A DNA stretch of 63,453 bases, the filler included, from Chiloscyllium plagiosum (lineage: Eukaryota), in assembly GCF_004010195.1 (NCBI RefSeq). It is 5 parts of one record of this genome, joined end to end, with 100 filler letters (N's around TTAATTAATTAA, not from the genome) between each part and the next. Parts side by side here need not be neighbours in the genome. Positions count along the whole stretch, not along the records: positions 50,681 to 57,624 come from NC_057714.1; positions 57,725 to 63,453 come from NC_057714.1; 3 more parts are not named here. One strand, written 5' to 3'. The translations under genes and the position numbers were made by a program. The notes beneath the pieces are model-generated. The model was not told the DNA's origin. It saw only the letters and a list, made by a program, of their open reading frames with translations, and made no database searches. Below are positions 53,570 through 63,453 of the stretch, in pieces (position 1 is the stretch's first letter; every line of letters begins with the position of its first letter).

Positions 53570-55420
53570 CTTGGATCCTGGAGAACTACCAGAAGATTGG
53601 AAAATGGCTAATGTGACAGCCCTATTCCAAAATGGAGGGAGGCAAAAAGTGGGTAACCATTGGCCAAGTGGCCAAATACCTATCGTTGGAAAGAATTGGA
53701 ATCAATTATGAAGGCCTCCAGTCTGAAAAACAACCCTCCCACCACCACCCTCTGTCTTCCACCTTTGAGCCAGTTCTGTATCCAAATGGCTAGTTCTCCC
53801 TGTATTCCATGAGATCTAACCTTGCTAATCAGTCTCCCATGGGGAACCTTGTTGAATGCCTTACTAAAGTTCATATAGATCACATCTCTGCCCTCTTCAA
53901 TCCTCTTTGTTACTTCTTCAAAAAACTCAATCAAGTTTGTGAGACATGATTTCCCACGCACAAAGCCATGTTGACTGTCCCGAATCAGTCCTTGCCTTTC
54001 CAAATACATGTGCGTCCTGTCCCTCAGGATTCCCTCCAACAACTTGCCCACCACCGAGGTCAGGCTCACCGGTCTATAGTTCCTGGCATGTCCTTATCAC
54101 CCTTCTTAAACAGTGGCATGTACATCCTGTCCTGGAGTGCCACAAGGATCGGTGCTGGGCCCTCTACTTTTTGTCATTTACATAAATGATTTGGATGCGA
54201 GCATAAGAGGTACAGTTAGTAAGTTTGCAGATGACACCAAAATTGGANNNNNNNNNNNNNNNNNNNNNNNNNNNNNNNNNNNNNNNNNNNNNNNNNNNNN
54301 NNNNNNNNNNNNNNNNNNNNNNNNNNNNNNNNNNNNNNNNNNNNNNNNNNNNNNNNNNNNNNNNNNNNNNNNNNNNNNNNNNNNNNNNNNNNNNNNNNNN
54401 NNNNNNNNNNNNNNNNNNNNNNNNNNNNNNNNNNNNNNNNNNNNNNNNNNNNNNNNNNNNNNNNNNNNNNNNNNNNNNNNNNNNNNNNNNGAAAAGATTT
54501 ACAAGGATGTTGCCAGGGTTGGAGGATCTGAGCTACAGGGAGAGGCTGAACAGGCTGGGGCTGTTTTCCCTGGAGCGTCGGAGGCTGAGGGGTGACCTTA
54601 TAGAGGTTTACAAAATTATGAGGGGCATGGATAGGATAAATAGGTAAAGCCTTTTCCCTGGAGTGGGGGAGTCCAGAACTAGAGGGCATAGGTTTATGTG
54701 AGAGGGGAAAGATATAAAAGGGACCTCAGGGGCAACGTTTTCAAACAGAGGGTAGTACATGTATGGAATGAGCTGCCAGAGGAAGTGGTGGAGGCTGATA
54801 CAATTGCATCTTTTAAAAGGCATTTGGATGGGTATTTGAATAGGAAGGGTTTGGAGGGATATGGACCGGGTGCTGGCAGGTGAGACTTGATTCGGTTGGG
54901 GTATCTGGATGGGTTGGACCGAAGGGTCTGTTTCCGTGCTGTACATCTCTATGACTCTGAGTAATAGCAGGACACTCGGAAAATCATAATCTAATCATGC
55001 AGAGTCAGCAGGACTTCATGAAAGGGAAATTGTATCTGACTAATTTATTGGAATATTTGAGGAAGTTTCAACCAGAGTGGATAGAGGGAACCAGTAGATG
55101 TGTTACCATGGATAAGTCATATGATAAGAGCCCATGGTGTGGAGGTAGTATAGTGGCATGGATAAGGAATTGGCAAATTGCCAGGAAACAGCAAGTGGGA
55201 TGTCGGGTTCCTTTTCAGGTTGGTGAGCTGTGACCAGTGCGGTTCCATGGGATCAGTGTTGGGACTGCAACTGTTTACAGTATATGTTAAAGACTTGGAG
55301 GAGGAAGTGAATGTACTGTAGCCAAATTTGCAGATGTCACAAAAATAGGTGGAAAGGCAGGTTCCAAGAGGAATATAGACTGTTTACAGAGAGACATTGA
55401 TAGATAGTTAAGTGGGTAAA
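53570..55420. mobile_element. CR1 fragments with an internal orientation switch
   Basis: 53680-54069 (-) carries the RT N-half; 54130-54960 (+) carries [17 protein letters not shown] and the 3' end. Confidence 0.85.
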
Positions 55421-55442
55421 GAGTTGGGAGAAAGTGGTGCAT

Positions 55443-55736
55443 GGGTGGCAGTGACTCAGTGGTTAGCACTGCTGCCTCACAGCGCTAGGGACCTGGGTTC
55501 GATACCAGCCCTGGGTGACTGTGTGAAGTTTGCATATTCTCCCCCTGTCTGCGTGGGTTTCCTCCCACAATCCAAAGATGTGCAGGTCAGGTGAATTGGC
55601 CATGCTAAATTGCCCGTAGTGTGAGGTGCATTAGTCAGAGGAAAATGGGTCTGGGTGGGTTAACTCTTCGGAGGGTCGGTATGGACTTGTTGGGCTGAAT
55701 GGCCTGTTTCCACACTGTAGATAATCTAATCTAATC
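55443..55736 (+). mobile_element. tRNA-derived V-SINE (HE1-like)
   Basis: A box, GGTTCGATACC B box, V-domain and (aatct)n tail. Confidence 0.82.
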
Positions 55737-55772
55737 AAAAAAGTCTAATGAAGGAAAATATGAAGTTGTTCA

Positions 55773-55900
55773 GGGTGTAGGTTTGCTCGCTGAGCTGTAG
55801 GTTTGATATCCAGATGTTTCATTACCTGGCTAGGTAACATCATCAGTGGCGACCTCCAAGTGAAGCGAAGCTGTTGTCTCCTGCTTTCTATTTATATGGA
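55773..55900 (-). mobile_element. Terminus of a third PLE family with hammerhead core
   Basis: Minus strand CTGATGA-T-GTTAC-CTAGCCAG-GTAAT-GAAA-CATC at 55813-55846. Confidence 0.65.
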
Positions 55901-55921
55901 TATATTGGCCTTGGATGGTAT

Positions 55922-56264
55922 GCTGAAAAAAATGTGTTGCTGGAAAAGCGCAGCAGGTCAGGCAGCATCCAAGGAACAGGAGAATCTACGTTTCTGGCAT
56001 AAGCCCTTCTTCAGGAATGAGGAAAGTGTGTCCAGCAGGCTAAGATAAAAGGTAGGGAGATGATTGCAGGTTAGGAAGGCGGTGCTGAGTTCAAGTCATC
56101 GAACTGCAATCATCTTCCTGACCTCTCCGCCCCCACCCCACTCCGGCCTATCACCCTCACCTTGACCTCTCTCCACCTATCGCATTTCCAAAGCCCCTCC
56201 CCAAGTCCCTCCTCCCTACCTTTTATCTTAGCCTGCTGGACACACTTTCCTCATTCCTGAAGAA
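55922..56264. mobile_element. Inverted pair of PLE 3' fragments
   Basis: About 56006-56058 is the reverse complement of about 56212-56264; same family as the element at 6073-6400. Confidence 0.8.
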
Positions 56265-56611
56265 GTAATCAGGAAGGCTAATAGAATGTTGGCTCATCTT
56301 AAGAGGGGTTGAGTATAAGTTTAGCTTGGGACTCAGAGAGTGAGAGATGATCTCATTGAAACATTTAGAATTGTTAAGGGGCTTGACAGGGTCAATGCTC
56401 AGCAAATGTTTCCCTTCAATAGAGAGTCTAGGACTGGAGGGCATTGTCTCAAAATAAAGTGGCACCAATTTAACACTGACATGAGGAGGAATTTCTTCTG
56501 TCAGAAGGCTGAGCGTCTTTGGAACTTCATGCCTCAGACAGCTGTGGAGACAGGGCTCTTGTGTACATTAAAGGCTGAGATAGATTCAGCTGAAGTCGAT
56601 ACAAATAGACT

Positions 56612-56900
56612 GATGGCCTTGTGGTATTGATGGTGAGCTGTTAATCCAGACACCCAGGTAATGTCCTGAGGACCTGGGTTCAAATCTCACCACACCAGAT
56701 AGTGGATTTTGAATTTAAAAGAAAAATCTGGAATTAAGCATCATGAAATCATTGTCAATGGTTGGAAGGTTTTTTATGGAAGGAAATGTGACTTCCTTAA
56801 CTGGTCTAGTCTACATGTGACTCCAGACCCACAGCAATATGATTGAATCTTAACTGCAATTTGGGTCCAGCGAGTAGTGCCCACGCCCCATAAGTGAATA
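56612..56900 (+). mobile_element. Second tRNA-derived SINE family (degenerate)
   Basis: A-box-like tggccttgtgg, B-box-like gggttcaaatc, and a 3' tail ending in tgaata. Confidence 0.55.
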
Positions 56901-56949
56901 TTTTTGTTAAAAGTCAATCACCCTGTGTCTCTGAGAAGAAGCAAAAAAT

Positions 56950-57624
56950 ATTCTGGGAATCCAAGGTGGAGGACGGGAACATTTCTGGCTGTAAGAGAGT
57001 TTGAGGAGAGTTTACAGGTTACTGTGGATTATATCTGCAATAAATGCTGTTGGTTGCGAATCCTATCAGATCAGATGGATCAGTTGGAGAGACAGATAGA
57101 AGCGATGAGGAATTTGCAACAGCAACAGTATGTGATGGATGGCAGTTATAGGAAGGGGGGAAAGTCTCAGATACAGTCACATAGATGGGTTAACTCCAGG
57201 AAAGGTAAGAGAGTTAAGCAGCTAGGGCAGGAGTCTTTTGTGGATATACCCATTTCAAACAGGTATGCTGCTTTGGAAAATGTAGGGGGTGATGGATTCT
57301 CAGGGGAACGTAGCACGAACAGCCAAGTTTCTGGTGTTGAGACTGACTCTAATACAATGAGGGGTACATTGGGTTTCAAGAGACCAATTGTGTTAGCGGA
57401 CTCTCTAGTCAGAGGTACAGACAGACGTTTCTGTGGCCAGCAGAGAAAAAGCAGAATGGTGTGTTGTTTCCCTGGTGCCAGGATCAAGGATGTCTCAGAG
57501 AGGGTGCAGAATGTTCTCACGGGGGAGAGGGGCTAGCAGGAGGTCATTGTCCACATTGGAAACAATGACATAGGAAGGGAAAAGGTTGAGATTCTGAAGG
57601 GAAATTACAGAGAGTTAGGCAGAA
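56950..57624 (+). mobile_element. CR1 ORF1 (zinc finger / coiled coil / SGNH esterase)
   Basis: YICNKC..L...MDQLERQIEAMR, ISNRYAALE, IVLADSLVRGTDRRFCG, CCFPGARIKDV. Confidence 0.88.
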
Positions 57625-58187
57625 NNNNNNNNNNNNNNNNNNNNNNNNNNNNNNNNNNNNNNNNNNNNTTAATTAATTAANNNNNNNNNNNNNNNNNNNN
57701 NNNNNNNNNNNNNNNNNNNNNNNNCCCTCTCTCTCTCTGACCCCCCATCTCTCACTGTCTCTTTCTCTCACTGTCTCTTACTATGTCCCTCCCTTTGTCC
57801 CTCTCCCTCTCTCTCTCATTCACTTCCTCTCTCTCTCTCTTTCACTTCCTCTCTCTCTCTCTCTCTCTCTCTCCGTCCTTCCCTCCCACTCTCCGTCCCT
57901 CCCCCATCCCTCCCTGTGGTCTGGAGCTGGGACACTGGATATTGATGTCTTGCCAGTGGCCTGCCTTGGAAGTATTTTCTTCTTCAGAATCTAAATGAAT
58001 CTTGTTGCGATGAGAGCGAGGATGATTCACCACAGTCAGCACATGGAGGTTTACTGACCTGCCCCAGGCTTATATGCACTCACAGCCTCGAAAACAAGTC
58101 ATTCATGATGTATGAGCGCACACACACATGAACATTGACCCTTCGGTGGGGATTTACTCTGGAATGTTTTCTGTGTTGCTCATTAGA

Positions 58188-59780
58188 ACAGTCCGGTACT
58201 GACTGTTACTCCCGGAGCGGACAGTCCGGTACTGACTGTTACTCCCGGAGCGGACAGTCCAGTACTGACTGTTACTCACGGAGCGAACAGTCCAGTACTG
58301 ACGGTTACTCCCGGAGCGAACAGTCCAGTACTGACTGTCACTCCCGGAGCGGACAGTCCAGTACTGACTGTTACTCCCGGAGCGAACAGTCCAGTACTGA
58401 CTGTTCCCCCTGGAGCAGACAGTCCAGTACTGACTGTTACTCCCGGAGCGGACAGTCCAGTACTGACTGTTCCCCCCGGAGCGGACAGTCCAGTACTGAC
58501 TGTTACTCCCGGAGCGAACAGTCCAGTACTGACTGTTACTCCCGGAGCGAACAGTCCAGTACTGACTGTTCCCCCCGGAGCGGACAGTCCAGTACTGACT
58601 GTTACTCCCGGAGCGGACAGTCCAGTACTGACTGTTACTCCCGGAGCGGACAGTCCAGTACTGACTGTTACTCCCGGAGCGGACAGTCGAGTACTGACTG
58701 TTACTCCCGGAGCGGACAGTCCAGTACTGACTGTTCCCCCCGGAGCAGACAGTCCGGTACTGACTGTTACTCCCGGAGCGAACAGTCCAATACTGACTGT
58801 TACTCCCGGAGCGGACAGTCCAGTACTGACTGTTACTCCCGGAGCGAACAGTCCAGTACTGACTGTTCCCCCCGGAGCAGACAGTCCAGTACTGACTGTT
58901 ACTCCCGAAGCGGACAGACCAGTACTGACTGTTACTCCCGGAGCGGACAGTCCAGTACTGACTGTTACTCCCGGAGCGGACAGTCCAGTACTGACTGTTA
59001 CTCCCAGAGCGGACAGTCCTGTACTGACTGTTACTCCCGGAGCGGACAGTCCAGTACTGACTGTTACTCCCGGAGCGGATAGTCCTGTACTGACTGTTAC
59101 TCCCGGAGCGGACAGTCCAGTACTGACTGTTACTCCCGGAGCGGACAGTCCTGTACTGACTGATCCTCCCGGATTGGACAGTCGAGTACTGACTGTTACT
59201 CCCGGAGCGGACAGTCCAGTACTGACTGTTACTCCGGGAGCGGACAGTCCAGTACTGACTGTTACTCCGGGAGCGGACAGTCCACTACTGACTGTTACTC
59301 CCGGAGTGGACAGTCCAGTACTGACTGTTACTCCCGGAGTGGATGGTCCAGGTCCAATTATTACTCCTGGTGTGGACAGCCCGGGTCTGACTATTACTCC
59401 TCGAGTGGACAGTCTGGGTCTGATTATTACTGTTGGAGTGAACGGCCTGTGTCTGATTATTATTCCTGGAGTGGACAGCTCAGGTCTGATTATTACTCCA
59501 GAGTGGACATCCCTGGTCTGATTATTACTCGCAAAGTGGTCAACCTGGTCTGATTATTACTCCCAGAATGGACAGCCTGATCTGATTATTACTCCCAGAG
59601 TGGACAGCCTGATCTGATTATTACTCCCAAAATGGACAGCCTGATCTGATTATTACTCCTGGAGTGGAGAGCCTGGCTCTGATTATTATTCCTGGAGTGG
59701 ACGGCCGGGGTCTGAGTATTACTCCGGGAGTGGACAGTCCGGCTCTGATTATTACTGCCAGAGTGGATAGCCTGGGTCTG
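58188..59780. repeat. 33-bp minisatellite (homogeneous to ~59340, then progressively degenerate)
   Basis: Unit cagtccagtactgactgttactcccggagcgga, about 35 near-identical copies followed by about 13 diverged copies. Confidence 0.95.
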
Positions 59781-59836
59781 TTTGTTGCTCACTTTATTAT
59801 GGTTTAACCATTTTAAATGTTTCTTTTTTTTCTAAG

Positions 59837-59898
59837 ATGAACGGGATCGAGTCCAGAAGAAAACTTTCACAAAATGGGTGAACAAACACTTGATGAAG
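59837..59898 (+). CDS. MACF1: First common exon of the CH1 actin-binding domain of a spectraplakin, best matching MACF1
   Basis: Acceptor ttcttttttttctaag|AT GAA CGG... encodes (D)[20 protein letters not shown], then donor AAG|GTGAGT; 62 nt. As I recall them, MACF1 has RVQ...WVNKHLMK, plectin has HLIK, and dystonin has KVQ...WINQH. Confidence 0.85.
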
Positions 59899-59919
59899 GT
59901 GAGTCAGTGGATAGTTAAG

Positions 59920-60133
59920 CGACCAGGGGGTGGTCATCACAGAGAGAGAGGGAGTGACCAGGGGGTGGTCATCACAGAGAGAGAGGGAGTGACCAGGGAG
60001 TGGTCATCACAGAGAGAGAGGGAGTGACCGGGGAGTGGCCATCACAGAGAGGGAGAGAACGAGAGGGAGTGACCGGAGAGTGGTCATCACAGAGAGAGAG
60101 AGAGAGTGACCGGGGAGTGGTCATCACAAAGAG
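59920..60133. repeat. ~35-bp tandem repeat running into a gap
   Basis: Unit gtgaccagggggtggtcatcacagagagagaggga. Confidence 0.85.
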
Positions 60134-61763
60134 ANNNNNNNNNNNNNNNNNNNNNNNNNNNNNNNNNNNNNNNNNNNNNNNNNNNNNNNNNNNNNNNNNN
60201 NNNNNNNNNNNNNNNNNNNNNNNNNNNNNNNNNNNNNNNNNNNNNNNNNNNNNNNNNNNNNNNNNNNNNNNNNNNNNNNNNNNNNNNNNNNNNNNNNNNN
60301 NNNNNNNNNNNNNNNNNNNNNNNNNNNNNNNNNNNNNNNNNNNNNNNNNNNNNNNNNNNNNNNNNNNNNNNNNNNNNNNNNNNNNNNNNNNNNNNNNNNN
60401 NNNNNNNNNNNNNNNNNNNNNNNNNNNNNNNNNNNNNNNNNNNNNNNNNNNNNNNNNNNNNNNNNNNNNNNNNNNNNNNNNNNNNNNNNNNNNNNNNNNN
60501 NNNNNNNNNNNNNNNNNNNNNNNNNNNNNNNNNNNNNNNNNNNNNNNNNNNNNNNNNNNNNNNNNNNNNNNNNNNNNNNNNNNNNNNNNNNNNNNNNNNN
60601 NNNNNNNNNNNNNNNNNNNNNNNNNNNNNNNNNNCTGTGAACTGCTGGTCAGAATCCCTTCCCTAACAATTCCCTAACCAACCCCAAAAGCATGAACAAA
60701 CCTCCCCATGAGAATGTCAATCCCACTCCAGTTCAGATATAACCTGTCCAACTTGTACAGGTCCCATCTCCCCCCAGAATCGTCACTTCAAAATACCTTG
60801 TCAATTAAACTGTAAAGTACTTTTGAACATGCTAAGATTACAAAATGCACTTTATAAATACAAGTCTATCATCACATTCTCATTCAAACTACTCAGAGTC
60901 ATAGAGTTCTAGAGATGTACAGTACGGAAACAGACCCTTCGGTCCAGCTCTCCACTGACTAGATATCCCAACCTACTCTCCTGGTGTTTCTGTGGTTCAA
61001 CAGTGCCTCTTGAACCAGTCTCACTGCCCTGCACAGTCTTTTACCCTCTTAACCTCTGTGTTAAATTTTACCACATTCTAGACGGAGTTTACAAGGTGCT
61101 GTCTCATAGTCAGGTTCCTCAGTACTTCATTACTCATCCCTAATCAAACACAGGATGGCATCATTTCAAGAGTTCAGGGAAGAGAAGGTTTAGAAACAGT
61201 CTGCACACACTGCTTTGAAGAGAAAAATGGGAGAATCCAATGTTAAAACACCCTGAATGACAAAGGGAATCTAAATCAAACAATTCACAGAGAGTCTGTA
61301 ACTCATTACTAACCAGGAGGCTTCCACAAAGTGCAGGAGGAAACCCTGCAGAGAGAGAGAGGGAGAGAGAGGGAGAGAGATATCGAAGGCTGTTCTTGAT
61401 GGTTATCTTTCAGCCTCAAGAGGAGACTGAGACGGCACATGACTGAGATGTATGAAATGATGAGTGACATAGACACGGTAGACAGGAAGAAACTCCTCCC
61501 TTTGATAAAGGATCAATGACCAGGGGCATGGATTTAAGGGAAGGGGCAGGAGGTGGAGAGGTGGATGTGGGGAAACCTTTTTACTCAGAGGGACCTCACA
61601 GCCTGAATGAGTGGGAGGGGCAGAAACCCTCATCACATTGAAGAGGGATTGAGATGTAAACCTGTGAGGTCGAGGCAACAAGGCTGTGGGCCAAGTGCTG
61701 AAAAATGGGATTTGAATAATGAGGTGATTGTATTTGACTAGTGCAGGTGGAATGGGATGGAGG

Positions 61764-61988
61764 CTGAAAATGCGTTGCTGGAAAAGCGCAGCAGGTCAGG
61801 CAGCATCCAAGGAGCAGGAGAATCGATGTTTCGGGCATAAGCCCTTCTTCAGGAATCAGATTCAGGAATCAGCTTATGCCCGAAACGTGGATTCTCCTGC
61901 TCCTTGGACGCTGCCTGACCTGCTGCACTTTTCCAGCAACACATTTTCAGCTCTGATCTCCAGCATCTGCAGCCCTCACTTTCTCCTC
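61764..61988. mobile_element. Fold-back mini PLE with 14-bp TSD
   Basis: Inverted arms around 61855-61870. TSD gaatgggatggagg at 61750-61763 and 61989-62002. Confidence 0.85.
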
Positions 61989-62454
61989 GAATGGGATGGA
62001 GGGCCTATTTTGTGCTGATTCTATGAGTCAGTCCATCTCTTTTGGAATTGTTTGATTAGTGACTCAGAGTTTAGGAGCAGCAACAGTTCTAAACCTTGGA
62101 CAGGAAACTAGCTAAAAGTTTAGGATTTCAGGATATCATTAACACAACATGCAGAAGCACTGGCCAGTGACCGAAGCTCAAGGAAGCGAAATGTGAAACC
62201 GTGAATGTGACAGCACCTCCATTTTTATGCCTTGCCTCTGGATCCCCCTGTCTGGTTAAAACTCTGTCTCAGCCTTGACCACACTTGAATGACCCAGGGA
62301 AATGTGCACTGCTCCCTCTGTAACTGAGAAAGTTGAATGGCAATGCAGTACAAGTTTATAAGAGTGCCGAGATTTTAAAGATTGTGAAAAGATCTCCAAG
62401 AGAAATGTCAGGAACTGGACTGTTCAATCTTTAAAAAAGGTGTGATCATACAGC

Positions 62455-62925
62455 CATAGAGATGTACAGCACAGAAATAGACCCTTTGGTCTAACTCATC
62501 CACGCCGATCAGATATCCTAACCTAATCTAATCCCATTTGCCAGAACTTGGCCCATATCCCTCCAAACCCTTCTATTCATATACTCATCCAGATGCCTCT
62601 TAAATGTTGCAATTGTACCAGCTTCCACCACATCCTCTGGCAGCTCATTCCATACACGTACCACCCTCTGTGTGAAAAAGTTACCCCTTAGGTCCCTTTT
62701 AAATCTTTCTCCCCCACCACAGGTAAAGACGCTGACTATTTATCCTATCCATGCCCCTTATGATTTTATAAACCTCTATAAGGTCACCCCTCAGCCTCCG
62801 AAACTCCAGGGAAAACAGCCCCAGCCTGTTTAGCCTCTCCCTGTAGCTCAGACCCTCCAACCCTGGCAATATCCTTGTAAATCTTTCCTGAACCCTTTCA
62901 AGTTTCACAACATCGTTCCGATAGC
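62455..62925 (-). mobile_element. CR1 3' end
   Basis: ORF 62699-62968 LERVQERFTRILPGL...RRLRGDL. Confidence 0.88.
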
Positions 62926-63453
62926 ATTTTAAAGAACAGTTCTTGAGGATGAGGAACATAAGGAACAAGGTGGGTCACAAGCTCAGCATCTCTTTCAGAA
63001 AGCCAGCACAGACACAAGGTAAGGATTCCTGAAGATAATCAGAAATAGAAACAGGAGCACCCTTTACAGACCCTTAAGCCTGTCCACCATTCAAATAGGA
63101 TCATGGCTGACCCAACATTCCTACATTTTCCTGCCCTTTCTCCATAATGATTGGGTCCCCAACTGATCAAGAATCTATTGACCTCAGCCTTAGATATACA
63201 TGAAGACTCTGACCCCCAGCTCTCTGTGGCAAGGAGTTACAAAGACTTACAACGTTCTGACAGAAGACATTCCTCCTCATCTCGGTCATAAATTGGTGTC
63301 CCAGTATTCTGAGACTTTGCACTTTGAACAAAGAACAAAGACAATGTACAGCCCAGGAACAGGCCCTTCGGCCCTCCAAGCCTGAGCCGATCCAAACTGC
63401 ATACATTCATGTGAACTCTGAGCTCAAAAACTGCATGAATTTATGTAAAACTC

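Noticed and set aside
58135..59082. 315-aa (SRSGQSSTDCY)n ORF that superficially recalls the SERS repeats in a MACF1 N-terminus
   Set aside because: It is a 33-bp minisatellite, starts at TTG, ends in a stop and has no usable donor.

Overview
Vertebrate genomic DNA, most likely a shark (inferred from the HE1/V-SINE, CR1 and Penelope repeat complement), from a gappy draft assembly. Four 100-bp joins contain an artificial TTAATTAATTAA spacer and split the window into five scaffolds whose order and orientation are unverified. Most of the window is CR1 LINE debris, tRNA-derived SINEs, Penelope-like elements (PLEs) and tandem repeats. Non-repeat content: a decayed endogenous retrovirus (RNase H, integrase, env) at about 270-2270; an intact 394-aa rapunzel-family ORF at 7760-8944 (-); and the first common calponin-homology exon of a spectraplakin, best matching MACF1, at 59837-59898 (+). 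A phase-compatible alternative first exon of the plectin-1f/dystonin type lies on the opposite strand (36037-36127), and a weaker candidate first exon lies at 50982-51018 (+). The most notable structural signal is a set of minimal hammerhead-ribozyme cores from three PLE families, many in short, often fold-back mini-elements flanked by 8-14 bp target-site duplications (TSDs).
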